NCBI GenBank assembly: GCA_029862005.1
Contig: JAOTYD010000006.1
Span: 5,758-69,757 of the forward strand
Length of the DNA: 64,000 bases
Origin: Gammaproteobacteria bacterium
GTDB taxonomy: Bacteria; Pseudomonadota; Gammaproteobacteria; GCA-001735895
Direction: 5' to 3'
Shown here: positions 42,164-49,546 of the stretch, in pieces
How the letters are laid out: the number at the start of each line of letters is the position of its first letter
Position numbering within the stretch: the first letter of the stretch is position 1
The notes under the pieces: generated by a model
The model's database searches: none
What the model was told of the DNA's origin: nothing
Seen by the model: the letters and a program-made list of their open reading frames with translations, nothing else
Program-made: the position numbers and the translations under genes

Positions 42164-43144
42164 ATGAATTTATTACGTGGACGATGTCTCAGAACATTAC
42201 TTGTCGCTACCTGCTTTACCCTGTTTTCTGTTTCAGGGGTATTTGCGGCGGATAGCAACAAACCGATTCGAATCCCCTTGAAGAATTGGTCCAGCCAACT
42301 TGTTATGGCTCACGTAATCGGTGGCATGTTTGAAAGCATGGGCAACAATGTTGAATATGTACCGGTAGACAATCAAACCAGTTTCGAAGCCGTACGCAAT
42401 GGCGACATCACACTCGTCCATGAAGTCTGGCAATCCACCATGCAAAACGCTTATTACAATGCGATGGAAAAAGGCGGATTGATCGACGCGGGCACACACG
42501 AAGCTGCCACGCTGGAAGAAATGGGCGTACCGACCTGGGTAATTGAAAAGAACCTGTGCCCGGGCCTGCCGAATTGGGAAGCTCTGAAAAATTGCCACGA
42601 AGTTTTCGCAACCCCGGATTCCGGTGGCAAAGGACGCTGGTTGGAAGGCCCGCAAAGCTGGCACGGTGACGTAATGCCGAATCGAGTCAAAGGGCTGGGA
42701 TTGGATGATAACTGGACGGTTAAGTTTGCCGGTGGTGCCGATGCACTGTGGACCGAACTCAAGGCCGCTGAGAAAGAAGGCCGGGGAACTATCATATTCA
42801 ACTGGTCGCCAAACTTTACCGATGCGTCCGGATTTACCTTTATTGAATTCCCGCCGTACTTCGATGGTTGCCGAATTGCCGATGGTGGCACGCTAGAAAC
42901 AACTGGTTGTGGTTCACCACCGGGTTGGCTGAAAAAAGGTGCACACTACAAGTTTGCCAAGACGCACCCGAAAGCCTATGCAGCCTTCACCCGCCTCTCA
43001 TTTACCACACCACAGATCGGTCAAATGGCCGCACTGGTTGACGTTGACGGATTAACCGTTGAAGAAGCCGGCAAGAAATGGCTGGCCGATAACGAAGCCA
43101 TCTGGAAGCCGTGGACCGCAACAACCCTGGGGCATGGGAACTAA
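42164..43144 (+). CDS. Quaternary-amine ABC substrate-binding protein, ProX/OpuAC superfamily, TmoX-like (start at ATG 42164)
   Basis: Signal peptide; NWSSQLVM..FESMGNNV; EVW; CPGLPNW; GKGRWLEGPQSW; FNWSPNF; GAGGAG RBS. Confidence 0.85.
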   Translation: MNLLRGRCLRTLLVATCFTLFSVSGVFAADSNKPIRIPLKNWSSQLVMAHVIGGMFESMGNNVEYVPVDNQTSFEAVRNGDITLVHEVWQSTMQNAYYNAMEKGGLIDAGTHEAATLEEMGVPTWVIEKNLCPGLPNWEALKNCHEVFATPDSGGKGRWLEGPQSWHGDVMPNRVKGLGLDDNWTVKFAGGADALWTELKAAEKEGRGTIIFNWSPNFTDASGFTFIEFPPYFDGCRIADGGTLETTGCGSPPGWLKKGAHYKFAKTHPKAYAAFTRLSFTTPQIGQMAALVDVDGLTVEEAGKKWLADNEAIWKPWTATTLGHGN

Positions 43145-43530
43145 GCTAACTATCTGTACAGGTGGTTGACGTTAAAAAAGGCGTTATCCGTGAAAATTCA
43201 CTTGGCGCCCCCTCCGTTATAGGTGGGGGCACTGATTGCTATCTCTAATCACGCCAGATGTTTTCAATCATTTCGGTTTTCTCCGAAGATGATTGGATTT
43301 GCGGCGTTTCAAATTGAATGTTTGAGACTGACCGAGAATCGTTGTCGCGATTGGTATTTTGCATCACGGAGTATCCCAATTCACAACTACCGACCACATT
43401 ACGTTCACGAGCCGTATGGTATTAATCAAAGGACGAGAATTAATAACAGTAGGTGAATAAACAAAGGTACTAACGAAAATAATCACTTTGAGATAAGTGA
43501 TTCGCCATAGGGTAAATCCTTATATATCAG

Positions 43531-43649
43531 GTGTCTGAAAAGGATCGTAAATTGTCGCTGAATTGTCGAGATTAAGCGGCAGCTTTCTCGTGAGCAGACG
43601 CTGAAAAATACTAATCGGGCTTCAGAGAACGGCCAGGAACGGTCACTGG
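43531..43649 (+). repeat. Cassette-spacer element E6 (A+B+C)
   Basis: A gtgtctgaaaaGGATCGtaaattgtcgctga; B agcggcagCTTTCtcgtgagcagacgctga; C gagaaCGGCCAggaacggtcact. Confidence 0.85.
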
Positions 43650-43795
43650 ATTCCAACCTGTATCACTCAAGATATTTACAACATCTCAGAGTTGGTACCT
43701 GTTTCGATAATGCATATTGAGTGGTGATGGCCTAAATAAAGATTACTTTTACCTGTAGACTCATGCTTGAGTTCACCTATTGGTAGGAGAGTAAT

Positions 43796-44656
43796 ATGAG
43801 TGATATTACGGTTATCGGTCTTGGAGTGATGGGTTCGGCACTAGCACAAACGCTCCTACAATCCGGATACAAGGTTACCGTATGGAATCGGACCCCCAAT
43901 AAAGCTGCTGATCTGGCAGATCGAGGAGCGATTACAGCAGTTTCATGCTCCGAAGCTATAGCCGCCAGCCCATTGATTGTTATCTGCATCAAATCCCACA
44001 GCGATACCCGCCAACTACTCGAGTCCGCAGAAAACCTGAAATCCAAAAATATAATCGAGCTAAGCACCGGCAGTGCGCCCGAGGCTGAGTCACTCGCAGA
44101 ATGGGTACGTAGCGAAGGGGCTGGATGCTTAATCGGAATGATTTGCACTTTTCCGCGTGATATCGGTAACGAGGATTCGACGATTGTTACCGTGGGAGAC
44201 GAGGCTCTATGGGAACAATCCCAAAAAATGTTGAAGACCCTTGCCGGGAAATCAACTTACATCGGAGATAATATCGGATCTCTGGCGATTCTTTATAGCG
44301 CGTTGTTTTTACCGCGTCAGGGATTTATGTTCGGGATGATATACGGCGCTCTACTTTGTAAAAAAGCCAGCCTGTCTATGCAAACCTATGTTGAGCTAAT
44401 GCCGCTTACAATCAAGGTAGTGAATGACTACTACGACGTTTTTGCCTCTTCCGTGCTTTCCGACAATTATTCAGACCCACAAGCATCCATAGACACGTAC
44501 ATAGCCGCTTTTGCAGATACGCTTGAGTCGTTTCGTAATCACGATGTTAACGATGAACTGCCTAAATTGATGGCTAGATTGCTCGATCAGGGTGCTAATG
44601 CTGGTCTGGGTGATAAACAGATAACCTCTCTGATTAATGTGTTGAGCAATGAATAA
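43796..44656 (+). CDS. NAD(P)-dependent oxidoreductase, imine-reductase / beta-hydroxyacid dehydrogenase fold
   Basis: GLGVMGSALA; VWNRT; IIELSTGS..EA..LAEW; PRDIG. Confidence 0.85.
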   Translation: MSDITVIGLGVMGSALAQTLLQSGYKVTVWNRTPNKAADLADRGAITAVSCSEAIAASPLIVICIKSHSDTRQLLESAENLKSKNIIELSTGSAPEAESLAEWVRSEGAGCLIGMICTFPRDIGNEDSTIVTVGDEALWEQSQKMLKTLAGKSTYIGDNIGSLAILYSALFLPRQGFMFGMIYGALLCKKASLSMQTYVELMPLTIKVVNDYYDVFASSVLSDNYSDPQASIDTYIAAFADTLESFRNHDVNDELPKLMARLLDQGANAGLGDKQITSLINVLSNE

Positions 44657-44673
44657 CCCAGGCATGCCAAAAT

Positions 44674-44750
44674 CACTCTAGGCGAATCCCCTAAGCGGAC
44701 TCTCGTAAAACCTTGTTGGGGGACAATCTTCGGCCAGAATCGGACGCTCA
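44674..44750 (+). repeat. Cassette-spacer element E7 (B right arm and C)
   Basis: B cccctAAGCGGACtctcg; C gacaatcttCGGCCAgaatcggacgctca. Confidence 0.75.
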
Positions 44751-44877
44751 AAAAAACAAATGCTAGATCGGATATGCGAACCTTAAACGATATTTGTAAC
44801 CAACTGTTAAAATTCGATAGTAGAATAATGAAACTCGATTGTTGATCGAAGATTATAATTGGCGAGTCGGTGAAGTG

Positions 44878-45366
44878 ATGAGAAAAATGGAGCGACATGC
44901 GCGATTTAGGAGGTTTCTAAGCGATATCTCCGTTCACACACCATTTACCAAAATGGTGATTCTATTAGCTGTGCTGTGGCTAACGTTTTCTGCCGGTGTG
45001 TATCTCGCCGAGCGAGGTATAGAAGCAACATCTATCGATTCTTATGGGAAAGCATTGTATTGGGGGATAGCCGCCTTTTCTACAGCGGGAATCGCCGATG
45101 CACCGATCTCTGGTGCAGCGCAAGTGGTTGGTGGTCTTTGGATAGTCCTTGGTTCGGTTTTGTTCTTCGGGACCATCGTGGCGACCGTTACGACCTATTT
45201 TATGAGACCAATGCAGCGCCCACATAGGAAGATCATTGATACGATAGAATATAACCTCGAGCAATTAGATAACCTGACGATCGACGAACTCGATTTATTA
45301 AGAGAAACAACTGACACGCTAATTGTGCATGTCGAACGCTTAAAGAAAAAACAATCAAGAGAATAA
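44878..45366 (+). CDS. 2TM ion-channel pore protein (KcsA / Ion_trans_2-like) with an atypical filter; start uncertain (44839-44888)
   Basis: TM1, then SYGKALYWGIAAFSTAGIADAP, then TM2 and a coiled-coil tail. Confidence 0.8.
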   Translation: MRKMERHARFRRFLSDISVHTPFTKMVILLAVLWLTFSAGVYLAERGIEATSIDSYGKALYWGIAAFSTAGIADAPISGAAQVVGGLWIVLGSVLFFGTIVATVTTYFMRPMQRPHRKIIDTIEYNLEQLDNLTIDELDLLRETTDTLIVHVERLKKKQSRE

Positions 45367-45441
45367 TCGAAATCTAACGATGGTTTAGATGGTTTGTATT
45401 ATTTTTGGCGGTTCAAGCGGGATTTTCCAAGCCTACCGCGA

Positions 45442-45559
45442 ATGATGGAAATGGGTTGTTAGCTCCCCCTAAAATCACAATTCTGAACGCCGGCTTTCCC
45501 GATAGCGGGCCCTCAATTTCAGAACTTCAGAGGCGACCTTGCGCCAGAAGCGGACCCTT
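45442..45559 (+). repeat. Cassette-spacer element E8 (A+B+C)
   Basis: A atgatggaaatGGGTTGttagctcccc; B tgaacgccggCTTTCccgatagcgggccctca; C cttGCGCCAgaagcggaccct; offsets of 88 and 47 nt kept. Confidence 0.75.
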
Positions 45560-45669
45560 AGGGCGGCATTAAGTTAACTGTCAATATAATTCACATTTTA
45601 TAAAAAGACTCTGTTTGATTTCCTGAGTTACAATCACAATCCGAAAATCAAACAAAAATCGAAAGTGAC

Positions 45670-46998
45670 ATGGTCAATGAGTCTACGGAAACGGTCAGTA
45701 CAGAAGAAAATCTAGATCCCATTGCTATCAGCGAGGAGCAGTTCAATCGCGCATCGTATCACGTCAAAGGTCTTAAAAGAGGCTTGGTGGAGTTCCTGAA
45801 AAAACCCAAGCGCGTGAATATTATAAATTTCCCGGTCGAGATGGACGATGAGAGCGTGCAAAGTTTCCAGGGCTTCCGCGTACAGCACAATCGCGTATTC
45901 GGTCCCGGCAAAGGCGGAATCCGATATCACCCGGATGTCACGATGGAAGACGTCATTTCGCTGGCCAAGCTGATGACCTGGAAGTGCGCGCTGGTTAATG
46001 TCCCCTTCGGAGGCGCCAAGGGTGGCCTCGTTTGCGATCCCAAGAAGCTGAGTGAAAAGGAACTGCGTCGTATCACACGTCGTTATACCTCCGAGCTGTA
46101 CGACGAGCTTGGGCCACATCAGGACATCCCCGCGCCCGACCTCTATACCAATGAGCAGACCATGGCCTGGATATACGACACCTATGATGTTTTGCATCCG
46201 GGTTTCAACAACCGGCCGGTGGTGACCGGCAAACCTATCGAAATGGGTGGTTCCTATGGCCGCTACGAGGCGACTGGCAACGGTTGCCTGTTCTCCACGC
46301 AACGCTTTTTGTCCAAGGCGCTAATCCCGGATCATCAGGATGTTACAGGAATGCGCATCGCCATCCAGGGTTTTGGTGACGTCGGTGCAGTCGCAGCGAA
46401 CGCTTTTCATCGTCAGGGCGCAAAGATTATCGCGGTCAGTGACAGTAAGGGCGGAATCTATAGCGAAGCGGGATTGAATCCGGAGGATGTAGAAGGTTTC
46501 AAGGGTCGGCAGGGAACCGTGGTCGGATTGAAAGATACCATGACCATCACCAACGAGGAACTACTAGAACTGGAGTGCGACATTCTGTTGCCGGCTGCGC
46601 TCGGAAACCAGATTCATGCAGGCAACGCGTCCAATATCAAGGCCAGTCTGGTCGTTGAGGGCGCAAACAATCCGACTACGCCGCTGGCCGACCGGATTTT
46701 ACAGGAACGTGGAATTCATGTGTTGCCAGACATCCTCGTTAACGCCGGTGGTGTCACGGTCAGCTATTACGAATGGGTGCAGAACCAAGTTAACGAGCAA
46801 TGGGACTACGATACCACCACCGAAAAGATGCATTCCAAAATTTATGCAGCCGTGGACACGGTGTTTGACCGCTGGCAGTCGTTCGTCGTCGGTGAAGAAT
46901 CAACGCGGAATCACACGCCTGATTTTCGCACAATCGCCCTGATGATCGCCATTGAACGTGTCGCGCATGCGACCTTGTTACGCGGAATATGGCCATGA
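45670..46998 (+). CDS. gdhA: Glu/Leu/Phe/Val dehydrogenase (glutamate dehydrogenase-like)
   Basis: GPGKGGIRYHP; MTWKCA; PFGGAKGG; DIPAPD; VEGANNP; NAGGVTVSYYEW. Confidence 0.88.
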   Translation: MVNESTETVSTEENLDPIAISEEQFNRASYHVKGLKRGLVEFLKKPKRVNIINFPVEMDDESVQSFQGFRVQHNRVFGPGKGGIRYHPDVTMEDVISLAKLMTWKCALVNVPFGGAKGGLVCDPKKLSEKELRRITRRYTSELYDELGPHQDIPAPDLYTNEQTMAWIYDTYDVLHPGFNNRPVVTGKPIEMGGSYGRYEATGNGCLFSTQRFLSKALIPDHQDVTGMRIAIQGFGDVGAVAANAFHRQGAKIIAVSDSKGGIYSEAGLNPEDVEGFKGRQGTVVGLKDTMTITNEELLELECDILLPAALGNQIHAGNASNIKASLVVEGANNPTTPLADRILQERGIHVLPDILVNAGGVTVSYYEWVQNQVNEQWDYDTTTEKMHSKIYAAVDTVFDRWQSFVVGEESTRNHTPDFRTIALMIAIERVAHATLLRGIWP

Positions 46999-47011
46999 AT
47001 CAATAGGACGG

Positions 47012-47131
47012 GTGTCCATTTTGGGTCGTAAATCGTCGCTGAATAACATAGCTTGAGCGTCTCCTTTCTCGTACGCAGATTCTCATAAAAAATCATAGCG
47101 GGAGGTAATATTCGGCCGATAGCTGCTATTT
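47012..47131 (+). repeat. Cassette-spacer element E9 (A+B+C)
   Basis: A gtgtccattttGGGTCGtaaatcgtcgctga; B tgagcgtctcCTTTCtcgtacgcagattctca; C aatattCGGCCGatagctgcta. Confidence 0.8.
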
Positions 47132-47177
47132 GTTTTATCTGGAGATGACTATTTGATAGTGCAGGTTGTCAGCCTGA

Positions 47178-48152
47178 TTACCGAGTAACCTTTATGTTGC
47201 TGATCAACTCAAATTTATCGGGGATATTGCCATCAATGTCTTTGAAGTAACAGTTTGCATGGTTTGGTTTGCCATTCACAAAGAATGTGCAAAAGAGAGC
47301 ACCAAAGTTGGCGCCCTGATCAAAAGTATAGACAGATGCCCACCACGGATCATTGTGACGATATTGTCTGCTTATGCTTAGACCCCCCAATCCTGAGACG
47401 AAGGCGAAGCTTTTTCCCTCTTCGATTACCATCTTATTCGCGGTCGAAGCTATGCGCTGCTTTTTAAAGCTGCTCATCAGATGTGTCCGTGAATATGAGT
47501 GTGTGTGACCCGTAGCCACGATTGCTCCCCCCTCGCGGCAGACTCGAAAGGGCTTCCAACCTACCTGGCTACCTTTCACCCCAACCTGCATCTTTTTTTG
47601 AGACTTGTGCCAGGAACAAATCCTCCATATGGAGTCAGTTTGAGCTAACTGTTTGCGTATATAAGCAACGTGATCGGGATTGTTCTTCGTGATGCTTGTT
47701 CCAATGCCCGAAAGAATGAAGAACAATCCTCGAAAAGTGCATACAGATTGCACGCCAAGATCACCACCGCAATTTATCTCGTCTATTCTGTCCAAACGGG
47801 CTTGCAACTTATCTTGATAGCCATCAGGTGAGTACCAAAGAATATCGTGGTTGCCGATGGATGCCAGATACGGGAAGTCCTCCCCAAGAATGTCTGTTAT
47901 AAAGTTATCCCATCTAGTGGGATTGTTTTCGTAATCCAGATCCCCCTGATGCAACACTAAATCAGCACCCTCATCCTTGATCAATCGAAGTACCGCCCTG
48001 GAGTCACTGTTTATCCCCTGATCACCAATAAATGCGACGGTTACGGACTGCAATGATGCCAGGTTCTGAGAGCTGGCCCCGTTGAGCAAAGCGCAGTCGA
48101 CAAAGACTACTGCCAGTATAAAACAGACTGCGGCCGTTACTCGATTTCTCAT
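47178..48152 (-). CDS. Secreted calcineurin-like metallophosphoesterase
   Basis: Signal peptide; FIGDQG, HQGDLDY, IGNHD, CSWH and TGHTHSY motifs. Confidence 0.88.
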   Translation of the reverse strand: MRNRVTAAVCFILAVVFVDCALLNGASSQNLASLQSVTVAFIGDQGINSDSRAVLRLIKDEGADLVLHQGDLDYENNPTRWDNFITDILGEDFPYLASIGNHDILWYSPDGYQDKLQARLDRIDEINCGGDLGVQSVCTFRGLFFILSGIGTSITKNNPDHVAYIRKQLAQTDSIWRICSWHKSQKKMQVGVKGSQVGWKPFRVCREGGAIVATGHTHSYSRTHLMSSFKKQRIASTANKMVIEEGKSFAFVSGLGGLSISRQYRHNDPWWASVYTFDQGANFGALFCTFFVNGKPNHANCYFKDIDGNIPDKFELISNIKVTR

Positions 48153-48240
48153 TATTTTAAATTTACTCGGATGCCCACCGGGTTACCATTTTGTAAAACA
48201 GGCACTAGATTAGTCGAAACGGGGAAATAATTAAAATAAG

Positions 48241-48317
48241 CGAGTGTCTCAGTTGGTGTTATCAGACTCCCTTTTGTAAAATCTCAGTGTCTGCTTCCGC
48301 ATTTGTGGGGCATTCAA
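48241..48317 (-). repeat. Possible inverted, degenerate element E10 (B+C)
   Basis: Minus strand ...gcggAAGCAGACactga...ggagtctgataacaccaactgagacactcg resembles the B and C units of E1. Confidence 0.45.
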
Positions 48318-48467
48318 TGCAAGTACCAAATTTAGTACATCATAGGGCAGCAGATGCCAATATATGGCAACATTTAAACGGCGCTTAGAATCCGGCATAA
48401 AAAAGCGTTCGCTATCTACGTTAAATAACGGTTATCTGCAAGCCATAGGGCGTATTTCGAAAATCAC

Positions 48468-49502
48468 ATGAAAGCCAGAATATTCAGGCAATGCCAGGAA
48501 CTGTTCCCGGAATGGTCAACCCTCTCGATAGCAGATTTCGAATTTGATGATCCCAAGGGTTTTTCGTCATTTACCATGGGTATCCGGTCTAACAGGCCGG
48601 TGCAACCAGGCGCGGTCCTCTACCGTCGCATCGAGGGGAAAGAAAACGCGATACTGGATTTTGAAACCGAAAAGGAAGTGTTCCTCACCCTGGGTGCCCA
48701 CGACATTGCCGCCCACTGTCACTACTACGATAAAACCTGCCGTATCGAGGCTTTCCACCGGGGGCGCAGCCTGATAGCCGACGATTTATTCGACCCTGAT
48801 ACCCTGCGGCAGATCGCCAACCAGCTTTATCGCTTTCATCAACTGATGCCGACGGGCCTGCCGCGACAATCCTTTTTTGAAATGCTGCATCACAAGTGGG
48901 GAAAACTGGCAAAACGAGTGCTCGAAAAGGAAACCGGCAGTTTTCCGGCCAATGAGCAAGCCATGTGCGAGGAATTGCGTGAGATCTACAGCCCGGATAC
49001 CCGTGCCAAGGTGCAGCAATGTCTGCCCGAGGGCGAGTTAACTTTTTGCCACAATGACACTTACCACGGCAATATCATGAAGCTCGACAGCGGCGAGATA
49101 AGACTGGTTGATTTCGAGTTTTCCTGCCTCAACCACAGGACTTACGATTTCGCCAATTTATTTGCCGAAACGGTGATGCGCCATCAGCAACCGGAAAATC
49201 CCTACTTCCGTATTGCCGAGCCGGAATACAGCGACCATGAACTCGGTCTGTTGATCAATTACTACCTTGACAACGCCGAGTTCGAAAGCCAGCAATCAAG
49301 AGAAAATGAATTTCGGAAACTGCTGCGTGACACCAGGACGATGCTGATAGTGTCAGACTATAAATACGCCATGGCGGCTTTGCCATTAGCAGTCAATCCC
49401 GTCCAGAAGATTCGTTTTATCCCGTATGCTTACCAGCGCTTCAACAAGTTCCTGGCAACTTACGAAACACTGAGAAAGCAATTGTCGCCGCAAACTCCAT
49501 GA
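48468..49502 (+). CDS. Choline/ethanolamine kinase family protein
   Basis: Brenner motif FCHNDTYHGNI; choline-kinase motif LVDFEFSCLNHRTYDFANLFAE. Confidence 0.85.
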   Translation: MKARIFRQCQELFPEWSTLSIADFEFDDPKGFSSFTMGIRSNRPVQPGAVLYRRIEGKENAILDFETEKEVFLTLGAHDIAAHCHYYDKTCRIEAFHRGRSLIADDLFDPDTLRQIANQLYRFHQLMPTGLPRQSFFEMLHHKWGKLAKRVLEKETGSFPANEQAMCEELREIYSPDTRAKVQQCLPEGELTFCHNDTYHGNIMKLDSGEIRLVDFEFSCLNHRTYDFANLFAETVMRHQQPENPYFRIAEPEYSDHELGLLINYYLDNAEFESQQSRENEFRKLLRDTRTMLIVSDYKYAMAALPLAVNPVQKIRFIPYAYQRFNKFLATYETLRKQLSPQTP

Positions 49503-49546
49503 TATTTGGCTAATTTGTAATCGAGTTAAGCGCTGTGCCGGCAATT

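Larger units (their letters stand above)
36623..48320. mobile_element. tRNA-adjacent accessory tract / putative gene-cassette array (right boundary uncertain)
   Basis: Unrelated one- or two-gene units separated by copies of one degenerate element; AT-richer than the flanks; no integrase seen. Confidence 0.65.

Noticed and set aside
48174-48190. CCCACCGGGTTACCA as an attR copy of the tRNA 3' end
   Set aside because: Too short and mismatched relative to CCCCCGGTACCA to be distinguished from chance.
37134-48317. Classical integron attC sites or a CRISPR array as the explanation for E1-E10
   Set aside because: I could not find RYYYAAC..GTTRRRY ends enclosing one long hairpin. The repeats are ~120 bp, degenerate and separated by gene-sized DNA, and there is no intI or cas gene in the window.
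37134-48317. XerC/D dif (pdif) modules
   Set aside because: No XerD-arm-like TTATGTTAAAT or 11-6-11 dif consensus in the elements.
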